A stretch of DNA of 64,000 nucleotides, taken from contig NMRA01000081.1 in NCBI GenBank assembly GCA_002633005.1, positions 819,501 to 883,500 on the forward strand. Reading direction: 5' to 3'. Under the pieces are notes generated by a model that saw only the letters and a program-made list of their open reading frames with translations, did not search any database and was not told the DNA's origin. Source of the stretch: Phoronis australis. Lineage: Eukaryota > Animalia > Phoronida. Both the position numbers and the translations under genes were made by a program. Below, piece after piece: positions 49,001 to 62,052 of the stretch (positions are counted from its first letter, which is position 1; every line of letters starts with the position of its first letter).

Positions 49001-52000
49001 TGAAGAACAAGACAAAACCTTGAAACTAAAGCTACACAATACAATCATGGGACTTTCAGGAAGCAATGACGACTGATCACGTGGGGCCTGTGACTCATAT
49101 CGCCACCTAGATGTACCAGCAGTTACTTAGTCTTCGCAGTGGGTGGCACAGGGGAACAGTTTGACTTCGTGAAAAGATCTTTTTACATTGTATGTGATTA
49201 GACATTACGTGTTTTAAACAAAAGTTATAAAGTGCCTCCTCCTCGTCTAGAGGTCACTGGTACCACATGACCAGCCACCATGTTGCCATTTGAAATTCTC
49301 TCATAATTTAGAATCTACACTGAACTGCGTGTAACACCTATCTTATTGAACCAAAGTATTACATTGACAACCAGAATCAACTGCCATATCAACCAGCACT
49401 TACAGCTACACAATAAAGCTATATGAGTATGCTGAACATTATACCCAATTAGGTTTCACTCACAAGAGTATAACATTATCAACTGCTGCCCTGGAATCTC
49501 ATTAAATATAGATTTAAGTAAACACCATCTGTGTATTCCCCTTTTACCTGGATTTTTCTGACACCACAGGTACCACTTGTAAACTCTGTTTCTACTAGAC
49601 TCTGACATCTCGAAAAAGTCTCCACGGAAAAAACGACTGACATATGACTGACTAATACCTGAAAAAATACAAAACAGTTTATAATAGCATACTTAAAATA
49701 GTAACAGGAAAAAGTATTTTGATAATCTACAAATAAAATGTTTTAACGGCCATACATATTCATTGTGCACATGTCAACACACGCTTGGGTCTAATCTTTT
49801 TTTCCAGAAATCGAAAATATTTTTGGCATTTTCCATTCTACTTGAATATGAAATCAAAATAATTGTCTATAATTGTGTGCTCGAGTATATTTTGCACTTG
49901 ATGCCCCCAGCATTAATGCTGAATCCGACTTTATATCTCGAATCTTTGGGTCATCAAGTACAAATATGTACTGGATACCCATCTGTGTAAACCATAATAT
50001 ACTCAAGAACAGAATAATGGATAATTATCTTGAGATAGTACTAAAGAAGAACAGAAAATGCAAAAAAAATTTTTCGAATTTGATTTCGAGTAAAAAGATT
50101 AGATCCTGGGCCTAGATTATCACACATGTATACCAATACTACAACATCCTATTGAGAAATCATTTCATCAGGGAATGTCACAAGACCGAAGGATATTGTA
50201 GAAGTATCTGCATGTGTGTGTGTGTGTGTGTGTGCATGTGTGTGTGTGCGTGTGTGTGTGTGCGTGTGTGCGTGCGTGCATGCGCGCGCGTGTGTGCTTG
50301 ATACCCTATTAATCCCACATAAACGAACTCCTCTGTGTCACAGTGATGTCTTGTGGTCGTGTCTTTTGGTGTGTTGCTATATGATGTCATATCTATGTTA
50401 AGCGTACCCGTGCTATGCTAACGAGAGAAGACAGTTAAGAAATGCTGACAGCAAATCGTTTCGGTAAAAAATAACCACTACTTTGTTTTACTTTTCTAGA
50501 GACATCTTAGTTCTCAGCATAAATATATTTTATGGAATCATTATAAACTCGTTTTGTTTGACTTGAAATGGACTTGGACCAGATTATGTTGGGGCCCTAT
50601 CCACTAATTGACTTGTTTCTGATGACCCAGATTAAAAATGGTAGCGCATTGATCACCATGTGTCAAAATTTTCATTGGCAAATGTTGGTTGTTTTTAGGG
50701 GAGTTAAACTATTTCTAGGAATTATCCCCCCATACTGTTGTGTTATTTATTGTTCGCATCGACCACAGTCTGCTTCAGTCACTCAGCAGTCTATAGATGG
50801 TTACATGCTGATGCAGTGTTTTGTCTCAATTCACATTAGAACACTGTTAAGTCAGCTGTTTTAGTCTCATTACTGAAATTAGTGGTTTAAGACTTGACTT
50901 ACTTAAATCAATTCAAAGTATGCAAAACTTGCCCATTTCAGAAATTACTGTAGTTAGAAAACTGAGATGAGAAAGCACAAAGTGGGAAAAATATCGTTAC
51001 TGCTATGAACTAAATTTAATTTGGCCTGCAACATTTGCAGTGTTTTATCATCGAAGATACATTTCCAAGAAAAGACTTCATTGTTATAGTTGCATTAAAT
51101 GTAATTACCACTGAGAAGCAGAGACATCTGTTGATAGAAACATAAACCAGAGTACCTGCAGCAGACGCAATATGATGCTGACGTATGGAATGCTTGGCGG
51201 CAAACTCACGGATATCTTCCACCAAGTTCTCCTCGGGTTTTGTGCTGCGAACAACAAACGCATCAAGGTAAACAAATAGTAACACAAAGACTCCAAACTT
51301 ATTCTGGGCTTGCTGGGCAAAACTAAAAACATAAATAACAATGAAAGTCTCAACAACATGAGAGAGCTGAAGCATGTTGGGGAGTGCACAGTGCCAATGA
51401 CAAGGCCCTCACCTGCTGGAGCTAGTGCTACCAATGAAAATATATGTAGGATCATTCTCTACACCCACCAACCAACATAACAGTAGATGCGATACTTTGT
51501 GAAGAAAAGTCAACACCTATCTAAATCAAGTTCAGGGTCTTGTTCCATAAAACTTTTCTGCCTTAACTTTGACCAAAATCATGCTACCTTAAGACCAAAC
51601 TGACTTAGCCCAGTTTCACAAAATTTTTTTAAAACCAAACGCAAAGAGTTATGCGTACGAAGATAGTACAACTATCAAACAATCCACATGGGCCGTGTCG
51701 AAAAATGTGTCAGGTGGCGTGAAACCCAAAAGCGGGTAGGCCAGAAAATACGATGAGGCAAATGGAGAGCCATAATGCTCAGCGCCGGTGAAACCGGGCA
51801 ACGTGTGGCCTGCCGAGTCACACAGAGTCGGTGAGCTCGGTCGTCCAAAACTTCCAAGATGATATAAGGATAAGAAGAATATGCTCAGTAGCAAAGAGTT
51901 ATGCAACTGAGCGTGGTCGCGGTGTAACTTGCGCGAATAAAACCTCCCAAAGGAAAAAACACGTCTTCCTCTAGAAGGTAAGTGCGTGGAATGGTCCGCT

Positions 52001-53465
52001 TTGCGCATGTCCGTATCTCATGGTAGTACTCGGGGGAATTCTGGGAGGAATAAAATTAAGATCCAAAATCGGTCTAAGCTAACACCGAAAGTTAGCCTGC
52101 TACAGAGTACAGGCTTAAGATTGGACTTTTGATCTAAATGGCCAAAATTTATGACTACCATCATTGTAAACTGTTGAGGAAAAAATTTCGTTGATACTTT
52201 TCACAATCTAAAGTCTCTAAACAGTGTCAAATTGAATATCGTCTGCTTTTGATACAAGAACCGGCAAAGGCCACAGAGACAATGCATTACAACTTACTGG
52301 CACACATGAAATGATATTTTCACTCGTACTAGGGTATTCTTATTGTAAATAAATCCCCACTTTCAAGGCCAAGATCATTTTTGAAACCATACCTTGCTCA
52401 GTTTTTGAATTCACAACAGGTGGTGAAAGTGTAGTTTATATGCTCATGCACCTACGTCAAAATTTGACTTAATTTCTGTCAAAGTGCAGACCAAAACAGT
52501 CTTTTGAATTTTTGTCTTTAATCTTAACTCAACCCCATTTTCGGTCTTAACATACACTAATGTTTGGTCTTAAGTCATAAGTCTTAATTCAGTTTCCATG
52601 AAACTGTCCCCTGCTTCTTATACTAAAAAGGCTATCATCTCACTCGACTCTCCACCAATAAAACCAATTTTTCATTTAGACCACTTACCGATATTAAATA
52701 GTTCTTAATTATTCCTTGATCAAATTGGAAGTGATTTCAAGGCATTGAAAGAACTGGCGGTTTATTATTACTCAAGACCAGGCTCTGAAATTAGGCTCAT
52801 GGCAGTGAATGTCTTCTGAAGGATTAACTACCAGTTCTTTGAAAATCTAGAAATTACTTCCCATCTGAAAAAGACGAGACCAATTTCAAAAATTCACTTC
52901 TTGGCAGGAAAGTGGACTTACTGTTGCTTTAAAATTAATAATGAAAATCTGTTACTGATTTTATCAGTTTCGACATTAATTCCTAAAATACAGTGTTATT
53001 AAGAAAAGCATTAAGGGGTGAAACATGGTTATAAGTCAAAACACGGTGTATGGTATTCCAGACACTTTGAATGCAAGATATCACAATTTACCTTAAATAT
53101 GTCAACAGTTCTTCATTAGACACAATCTCAATATTCACATCACTTGTACTGCCATTTGACTCCTCTGCAAAGGCAGTACTGTGCGACCTCTTTGGAGTGG
53201 AAGACTTTCGAAAGCAAAGATCCATCGGAGCCGTTGATTGTGAACTGTGGCCATTAGTGATGATGGCCTCATCTGATTCAGGCTGACACGAGCCATTCGC
53301 AATAGGAAATCTGTTGACGGGAATGGAGTAGACGGGTCCTAGTTCCACATCCAGCCGCTGGAGGGAGTCGAAGGCATGAATCAGCTGTTGCCGAGTGATG
53401 CCACTATTTTTGAGACGGCGGATGAGTTCTATCTGTTCAACAGTGAACACAGGCAGCGATGTCAT
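46069..53465 (-). CDS. HMBOX1: HMBOX1-like HNF-class homeobox transcription factor (~405 aa, 6 coding exons)
   Basis: Exons 53465-53092, 51244-51156, 49658-49548, 48999-48760, 47480-47400, 46391-46069. N-terminal FTVEQIELIRRLKNSGITRQQLIHAFDSLQRLD, POU-like IREFAAKHSIRQHHIASAAGISQSYVS...VYKWY, extended homeodomain RRERFTF...YPSTERREQLAELCN...VIANWFSNKRKEIKK. Orthology versus paralogy not established. Confidence 0.82.
46815..46885. repeat. 18-bp tandem repeat x4
   Basis: caccaccttacctatgag. Confidence 0.85.
47800..48467. mobile_element. PIF/Harbinger-like MITE, copy 1
   Basis: Ends ggtacccgtttcatgaaa / tctcatgaaatgagccc, cag/tag flanks, internal ggtcttaa subrepeats. Confidence 0.6.
50211..50296. 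repeat. (GT)n/(GC)n alternating purine-pyrimidine microsatellite
   Basis: Directly visible. Confidence 0.9.
51535..52611. mobile_element. PIF/Harbinger-like MITE, copy 2, inverted relative to copy 1, with a ~420-bp GC-richer insert (~51630-52050)
   Basis: ccaaaatcggtctaagct...ttagcctgctac (52063-52104) is the reverse complement of 48317-48358; ends gggtcttgttccataaaa / tttccatgaaactgtcccc. Confidence 0.6.
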
Positions 53466-55644
53466 TCTTCCGAATTTCTGAAACAAATAATGCACTAATT
53501 TTTGAAACACAAGAATGGAAAGAGGAAAAAATACCCTAAACACATGCCTTCAACTGTATGAAAGTGTCGTTAAAAATCTTAATTGTAGCAACTAAATTTT
53601 AAATGCCACTCTCAGAGAGTCGGTAAAGTTTAATCATCAGTTGAAAAATAAAATAAACTTGACCGGTCACTATCAAAGTTGTTGGAAGTAAGGGCAAATT
53701 TGACCTCACTCTTTTGTCTGAAAAATACCTGAGACCCATTTTATTATTGTAATTCTAGTCATAGCTTACACAGTTACAAGCACGTACAGTCAGCGTCCCA
53801 CCATCCGACTCATTTTAGTTCGGAATCACTTTGCAGATAATTTATTACATATTCGAACAACTTTGAAGGAATAAGTAAAATTATCTCACAGTTATCAACG
53901 GTTGTTCTTGGTTTATCCATAAAATTCTAGAAATGGAATGTTAACTTGAATCACGGATGGCGGAGGTTGTGCCATACATGCGCGGGAGTTCTTTGTATTC
54001 GTTTGTTCTGATATTTCTTGCTATGGAATATAGCAGTGTTCTCCACAACAGAAAATTCAAACTCCACTGGAGCTACTATCACCAAAAATTTCTTTAGAAC
54101 AAATTCTGTCTATATTTTTGGAATATCTTGTAGTCCAATGACCTCAAACATTGTCAAACAAAGGATCATCTACTTGCGATTCAGTGATTCAGGAAGCCAT
54201 CCGTGGGCACTACCACTGCCTAGCAGGTAGGCATAACGATAAGCCATCTAGACATACCACAATAATTTTGTAAGTTTAAAATTTCTTTCAAACATGTCCT
54301 ATGATCAAGCACCAATACAATACCAAAATCATAGAGCTAGGACAAATGATAAAAATATATATTTTAACACCAGGCCAATGGGAAAAGTGTTGCTTTCCTT
54401 AAGGTTTCCTAAATGTTTTCGCAACTCTGCCATTTTTCAACCAAACTGCATAAAAGTTGTATGATTAGAAAGTGTTTCATCATTTCTTGATGGTGTATGA
54501 TTATATCAAAAGCAAAAGACAAATGACTTACTTCATAAATAATTATCATTTTGTACATCAGACAGATTTAAAAAATGTTTAAATTCTAAAAACCAAGGGT
54601 ATTACAAAAGTGCAAAAAATAAGACGGTAATAATGAAACCCTTCATGTACTAATTGGCTGACTAATTTACTAATTAGTCAACTAATTTACTTGTAATGTC
54701 AATTAACTTTGGGTGTAAAAGTTACATCACAAGAAAATGAACCAGATGTTATATAAATAAAGTAAATAAACAAGTGGGGGATAGTTTCAATCATTCAAAA
54801 GATCACTTTCCGATAGAGACAAACATTTTAGAATATGGATCCCTCACAGCTGCGTGAAAAGTTTAGCCTGGCATTCATCCAAAATTATACGTCTTTATAT
54901 ATTATAATTAATTGGACCTTTGGTGCTGTTTGATACTATTACATTCTTCAGTAAAAATTCAGGATGCACGTGACATTTAGAAAACCAATTACTCAACCTA
55001 TCCGAAATATGCAGATAAGGGTTTTCTGTTGGATCAGAAATGGTCAAACATCGTGTAGCTCTGAAACATACCGTGGATAGCTCAGTACATTGGAAAGTAA
55101 ACTTAGTGACATTGATACGTGTCATGCGTTACTGTAAACAAAGAGAAATTAGTACAAAGTGGACTGGAAAATAACAATATTCATATAATTATGATACGTC
55201 AAAAAGTGGGACATTTTAAGGCTGTGACAGGATGCCAGTAAAAAATTCAAAAAGTGGAACAGTTCGCCAAGAGTGAAACAATCAGCAAATGGAATGTACG
55301 CTATCAGTAACACAAAGTCTTGGATTGGATTCTTTTACAAGGTAAACTATTCACTTTTTAATTTTATTTCATGGGTATGAGTAAGTACCACGAATTAACA
55401 TTATATCTGGGCAATAGGTAAATATTGCACAAATTATTATAGAAACAATAGAAAACAGCAATAACATATACATGCACATATACACATACCACATTATAAC
55501 TACGCCAATAAATACATAAGTAGCTTTTTGAAAGTTACCTAAACGCACCCGTTACTTGGGCTTAAACTTTTATTTGTAATTGCATAACAAACACTAACAA
55601 AAATATGTCACATATTTTCGTAAAGTAATGTAACGTCATTTTAA

Positions 55645-56554
55645 AGGCAAAGGCAACCTATTTTTCATGTCATTGCTACCAAAAATAATGTTCGTTGATT
55701 ATCCCACACATATTTTTCAGTTAATTACAGCTTCTTAGTAATTTAAGCAATTACTCGCCCTCTACTCCGGAAGTGACGTTTTGGGGGGCAAGAATTTCGC
55801 GCCAATTTATTTTCATATAGCCTGACTGTCAGAACTGTTGAGTTAGTCATTGTTCTATCTCGATTGTGATAAGTTCGGTCGTCATTTTCTTTTGTTTACG
55901 AATCAGTCAACATGCCACACTGTTGCTGCGTACCGGGACGTACTCATTATCATCTCACAGACACAGGAACAACTGTCCCACTTGCCCGAGAGTCCTGCGA
56001 CACACTCCCACTGAATAGTGACCTGAGCACACAAAGTGCTTACATCCCGCCGTGTGACTCCCCTGCCACACACCTGGCACCTTCTTAATAGCTCCAATAC
56101 TTAAGACCAGTCCACAATAAACTTATCAAAGTTTGGCTCACCGATCTGTTCATTGAATGACCAACTGGCCTGTTCACTGGGTATCAAAATGGGCCTGTAT
56201 TCACACCCACTACTCAACATCGCAGCAGGGCTGCTTATAGGCTCTGAGCAATAATGAGTACATCCCGGTACGCAGCAACAGCGTGGCATATTGACTGACT
56301 TGTAAACAACACCAAACAACGACCGAACTTATCACCATCGAGGTAGAGCAATGACTGACTCGACAGCTCTCATAGTCAGACTATATGAAAAGAAATTAGT
56401 GCGAAATTCTTGCCTCCCAAAAATGTCACTTCCAGAGTAGAAAACGAATAATTAATTAGATAACAAAAAGCTGTAATTAAGTAAAAAATATGTCTGGGAT
56501 AATCAACGAACCTTATTTTTGGAAATAATTCCATGAAAAAGGTTGCCTTCGCCT
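55645..56554 (-). mobile_element. Kolobok-like DNA transposon deletion derivative
   Basis: ~240-bp imperfect TIRs starting TTAA|AGGCAAAGGCAACC and ending GGTTGCCTTCGCCT|TAAA; internal - strand relics MPRCCCVPGC (THAP-like start) and ELLRRCQVC...VTIQWECVAG...KWDS (zinc-finger-like). Confidence 0.72.
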
Positions 56555-56770
56555 TAAACATCCTGTAGTTTGATAGGCTATTGAAAGTGGCTTGCAGACT
56601 GGAGCTGCAAAATATCAGAGGCCAGAATATTCCCAGCATCTAGCCAGGCGCACGGGTCAGTGCATTAGAAGAATGACCAGTATTATTGACAGGTTTGTTG
56701 ACTAATTTTGCCGGGAAATCGCGTCTTGTCTAGAACCGCACAAGAGTCTTGCTTAATGAGTCCAAATTAA

Positions 56771-56825
56771 ACAACAAGAGCAACGCGGAGCGTTGAAATG
56801 CGCCCACAATTGCACCGCATACGGT
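56771..56825 (-). mobile_element. 3' terminus of another copy of the HINE/Helentron-like family
   Basis: Reverse complement gcggtgcaattgtgggcgcatttcaacgctccgcgttgctcttgtt matches 25775-25818; intact hairpin CAACGC-tcc-GCGTTG. Confidence 0.7.
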
Positions 56826-57041
56826 ATCCTTCTAGGGTTGTTTATTGGTACCATAAAGTGGCCAGTAGAGGGCATACTTTGCAAAATGGAAAGGCATGGT
56901 CATTGTCTCCTCAATAGGCTAGGGGCAAAATGTGAGTAATCTTCATAATACAAGCACATCCTATACACCAGTTGCTTAAAGCACCACAGAAACATAGAAT
57001 TAAAAACAAATTTACCAACATACGAGATTAGCACAGCATTA

Positions 57042-57121
57042 NNNNNNNNNNNNNNNNNNNNNNNNNNNNNNNNNNNNNNNNNNNNNNNNNNNNNNNNNNN
57101 NNNNNNNNNNNNNNNNNNNNN
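57042..57121. other. Assembly gap (N run)
   Basis: Ns in sequence. Confidence 0.99.
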
Positions 57122-57669
57122 ATATAGCAATTGTTAAGTCAACCATACTGTCACCTAGGTCAATTATTGCTTTCAGAAGTGCAAGCCAATATACCAAAAT
57201 TATCACATTTTGCAGCTTTACTCAAAAAACACCTCTAAACGGCTGGTAGTGTTTAACACAAGGCAAACACAAAATGTTGTATTACCAATATGGTACAAGT
57301 AATTTCACAAAAAAAACAATTTAGATTCATAATAATGGAAGTGTTTACTACAGTCTAATGCCCGTAATTGAATAATTCCCTGAGAAGAATAATTATTCAC
57401 AAGTTTTTACAGCTGCTTGTGTCCTCCCACCCAACTTCATATTACCACAGTTATGGTGAAGAGTAGTACACTTTTCCAAGCTGTTACTCTCCAATTTTAT
57501 CAAATATGCAGACCGTCAGAAAGAAAAGGCAATTTTGCACCAGGATAGTATGTACTGTAGACTATTTGGATGTTGTCAATGATGTTTAAAAAGCTCATAA
57601 TTTTTATATATGCAGACTTATATGACAAGCGCTAATCCCGTGCCACGTTTGATGAACTGTCTTTAAGGA

Positions 57670-57740
57670 GCAGCTAGTGTGGCCTAGTGGTTTGTGGTCC
57701 TGACTCTCGTTTGGGAGACCAGGGTTCAAATCCTGGCTTC
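57670..57740 (+). mobile_element. tRNA-derived SINE head
   Basis: A-box TGGCCTAGTGG and B-box GGTTCAAATCC; no complete cloverleaf. Confidence 0.5.
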
Positions 57741-59543
57741 ATGGCAGCTAGGCAACACCTAGTCCCTCGGTTGGCCGGTTACGGGCTACAAGACTTCCCA
57801 TCGCTTCCTGTACGAATTTCGTCCCCTATATTTTAAACAGGCGGTAGGCCAAATCCTGCCACCGATTAGGAATTTTCACTTCGTCAAAAATACATTCTAC
57901 ACTCAAAACTATCACTTAAAATGAGCTTACTTTCTTCAGTGATAATTTCTGCTTCTACACATATCTTCGATGAAGCATAGCTATGAGAATTAAGGTGACT
58001 TTGGATAAGAATTCCAATTCCACTTTTTGGTCACCATTAACTTTTTCACTGCGCGCGATAACCCGGCCCAAAATATTTCAACTGAGTCGCGTGAGTTAGG
58101 CGAAGGCTAGCGCGAGACAGCAAAGCACATGACACTTGCAAAATAGCATTGGAAGATATCAGGTGGAATTTGAGTTTTTGTGTCCCTTGGACTTTTTGTT
58201 CGTTAACAGGCATGATTTCTCGTAACTTCCTCAAAATGGCACCCGGTGAGAGAAACTCAAGCAAAACGCCACAGATTTTCATGGATATATTTGTTCAAGT
58301 ACACTAAATTGTATTCAGTCATGGTATGTGTTAATTATAACTCAATCATGTGCACATGTTTCATTCGATTTTATTTACTAGGCTGCATTTTGAAATGCGT
58401 AACTTTTTATGGGGAAGTACTATCACCCCTGTATGCCTGTGGCATCCAGGATGATGTAATTGCAAGGCAGTTAGACCGGCAATAGTCATAGAGCAATTAA
58501 TTTCACGAAGTGTTTCCCACTCCTCTGCCTCTGGGCTCAGTCTTAGTACGTAGGCTAAGGGGTGCATGGGAACCTGGTTAATGCAAAAGTGAATTCTGGG
58601 GGTCTGCTAAAATGCGTGTAAATAATTCGGACTGCCTTAGCCTAGACCGACTTTACAATCACAATGGTGTACTGAAGTGTACAAGCGGCAGTGTACACTC
58701 TTAAATCCCCTAGAAATCAGCACAACAGTCTTGGTCTTCAACTTGTAGGCTAAATGCTAAGTCAAAATCGACAGACGACACCAAATTTGCATCTAGAATT
58801 TAACATGTTCAGAAGGACTAATACCATAACAGAGTAACTAGAGAGAGCTGAAAAGATCATTTTAATTAAGTTAGTAAAAATCAGCAACAAAGGTCCGCCA
58901 TTTTGGTTATAAATTAGTAAATGACTAGGTTAAACAAGTTAACAAATTAAGCGAATAACAAAGACAGTGCAATGCTCACTTCAGTAGAAGTTTGTTAGTA
59001 ATTAGGTAAGTAATCTTCAGTAAGACTTAACAAAACTGTTACCACTTTACGGAACAAGACACTTAAAAGTAAAAAAATTATTTTTTCTTCTGCAACGTGA
59101 ACTTACCGCAACGCGTGCCGCTAAAGTTAATGTTTATCCCAATGCATTATGGGAAGCCTTTCCTTCAGAGGGAGTGAGCACAACAGCAAAAAGGTGTTGA
59201 TGAATGTGTATAGTTTATCAGTTCAGTTAGAGTGATTGAAAATAAAATCAGTTTAGAGGTAAGAAATAGGTCAATTCTAAGATTTTTAAAATATGACAAA
59301 ACATTATTTTCTTGTATATGTTGCCAACAGTAGGTTTTACAGTCTACGCTGGGAGGGTATTTCCACGGCAAGTCAATGCTTGTTTGTTTAGCCATTGATA
59401 TCTTTTTATTGACTGTGTTTGGTTTCCATGCACAGAGCCGTTGTGCCTTGTTCAACTACCGTTGATTGATAAGTGCAACAACTGAACCTGGCCAAACGAC
59501 CTGCCGATAACCAGCATGGTGTCTTGTCAGTCCTAAAGATATT

Positions 59544-62052
59544 ATGACCATCATGAGCCAAAATGAAGTGGGAACCGGCTCAGAGACACCTGGAGGGGAC
59601 CAGAACGTGAATTATAAAGTGGCTGGTGAACAGGTGACTGGGATTAAGCAGGAGTCAGATGAGAGAGGCCAAGGGGATCACTTGCCTGGGGAGAAGATGG
59701 ATAATGAGAAGGCAGTTGAGATGGATAAATCAGACGGTGTCGAGGCCGAGAATGTCAAGAATCAACAGTCGAACATCATAAATGTAGACATTAAAGAAAA
59801 GAGTCTGATGGAGAAATCGCATAACGACATTAACCACATGGATTCAGTTTCTAATGCCAAAGATGAATTGCAGCATAATGATCAGCTGGTTACAGCTGTG
59901 GAGAATGAGGTGAACAACTCGGAGAACAACAATAAGTTGGCTCCTGTCGCCAAGCAGAAAAAGATAAAAAAGGGAATATTTGTTTCCTATTCACCGGACG
60001 CAGGGTTTCTGGAAAGGAAATTTGTGGTTGAAACCGTTCGGCAGTTGAAGGAGAATAACCTTGCTGAGGACATCTGGTTTGACAAGGATGAAAAGTGTAC
60101 AGACAGTTCTGTTTGGTTTTCAATGCGAATGGAAGCAATGGAAAGATGCCGTGCTGCCATTATTGTAGCGTCTGATAGTTATTTCATGTGCCCAGTCTCT
60201 GTATATGAAGGGAAAGCTTTACTGGAACGACAGCTCACCGACAGAAACTCTGCCCGAGTATTTCTGGTTCTGTTCAGTAAACTTGAAGAAACTGAGATTC
60301 CCAAACATTTTGAACATTTAACAGAGAGTATGGTCGACTTAAGTGGACCATTGCATTGTAGGAAAAGTCTTGCTGAAAAAACCTCTGTTGTGGTTGGCTC
60401 TCTGATGGAAGAGTTGGACAAATACGCATCAATACACATACCACCAGCACCTTCTAACCCACCTGATACTGAGTTCACTGGTGAATACAAAAAGAAAAAA
60501 ATATGCCAGTGGAATGCCAATGATCTTCAAGAATGGCTGTTTAAATTAGGAATCAAAGAGTTTTATCGGCAAAGTTTAGCGGAAAACATGGTGGATGGGT
60601 TTCTGTTGATGTCCATGACTGACCAAGACATGAACCATCACCTGGGTGTTGATAGCCGGGTTGTACGGAAGAAAATTATGCAGCAGATACTGACGACTCT
60701 TGACAAGGAGCACAAGGTGGCTGACAACTGGCATTTGCGAGCTCGTACACAGCGAGCGCGACCAAATTCTGTTTACTTGATCTATGATCCAGCTGATGTG
60801 AGACTTGCTCAAAATCTGAAGGTTGACTTGCAGAGAAAAGGCCTCCAGGTAATACCTCCATGACATTTAAGGTGCTTTTTGTAAATACAAAATTATGCAC
60901 TACAATGTATTTCGTTAAAGGTCAGTTTTACACATACATGCAAGATTTGCAATAGAATTTCCCTTAAAAAATTCAAAAATGATTTTGAAATCCATTGTCA
61001 CAAATTATACATTTTTCTTTGGGTACTGTGAGAAATTTAAATATTCTTTACATACATTCCCAAGAAACTTTGCCTGGTTGTGACAGTTGTCCTGAAACCA
61101 GAGCTGTGAAATGCTTTGTTTAACATAATTTTGTGTGACTTTAATGCTAAGTTCTACCTTTAATTATAGTTACCTACTGCAAACTACAGATGGCTCTCTC
61201 AGTCTGTGGTTATAAAAGTGTCTGCCTGTGCTTTCCATGCGCGCTGGGTACATTCCATCTGGATGTGTTGCTCAACATGGGACTTTGTCACAACAAATTT
61301 TTGACAAACATGCGCTTATTTCTTCCTCTTTCGGTCTCATTTATGGGATTAGGAATCCTAGAAAATGCCTTTCTGTAAACTGTTCTGAAGGACATAATTG
61401 ACAAGGATTTTCTGTTGGTTGCTTCCTTGAAATCGGGGAATGAAATGAAATTTAGATATCAGATGTAACTTTTTATAGAAGTAGATAATTTACTTGCGAA
61501 AATTGGAACAGTTGTATTTCAAAGGGTTCATTGCATACAGAGAAATTACAGCCTTTGTGTTTATTGATAAGTATAAATTATTTTTTAATTTTAATAAACA
61601 GATGGTAAAGGTAAAGTTAGTGACATTCCAGCTGTTGCATAGTCATTTTTGTTGCATCCTCAATTTCAAATATTAAACTAAAAATATAGTTAATTTTTAA
61701 AAAAATGACGCAACAGCTAAGCTTGTTTGTATATAAAGATTGATCAAAATGCATGAGTTATGAAGCACAAGATTGATCAAAGTTATCCCTGGGTTAGTAT
61801 TTAGCCATTTTCTTTTCTTGCAGGTGTTGCATCATCAAAAATTAGGTCAATCGAAGGAAGAATTCTTACATCTCAATGGCTCCCACATGGCGTCATGCAC
61901 TTACATCCTGGTCCTTTTGACGGAGGCGGCCACTGCATCCCCGTTTGTTTTTCATGAAGTTCTATTTGGTGATTGGCTGGGCAAGAAATTAGTTACAGCC
62001 ATGTTCAAGAACGTGTGGGTCAAGTTACGTGCATCACTCAAAGCTGTGTTGG
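59544..62052 (+). CDS. Uncharacterised TIR-SAM-TIR protein; 5' part, continues right of the window
   Basis: Exons 59544-60848 and 61824-62052. Acidic disordered N-terminus; TIR-1 (IFVSYS, IWFDKD, CRAAIIVASDSYF...SVYE); SAM (WNANDLQEWLFKLGI...MVDGFLLMSMTDQDMNHHLGV...RKKIMQQI); TIR-2 (VYLIYD...LAQNLKVDLQRKGLQV...CTYILVLLT...SPFVFHEV...GKKLV). Confidence 0.85.

Noticed and set aside
50178-50401. His/Thr- or Cys/Val-rich ORFs
   Set aside because: Translations of a (GT)n microsatellite.
57670-57740. tRNA gene
   Set aside because: A and B boxes are present, but acceptor and anticodon stems do not close; more consistent with a SINE head.
59544-62052. Calling the gene SARM1 or MyD88
   Set aside because: No ARM repeats, tandem SAMs or death domain; the domain order is TIR-SAM-TIR.
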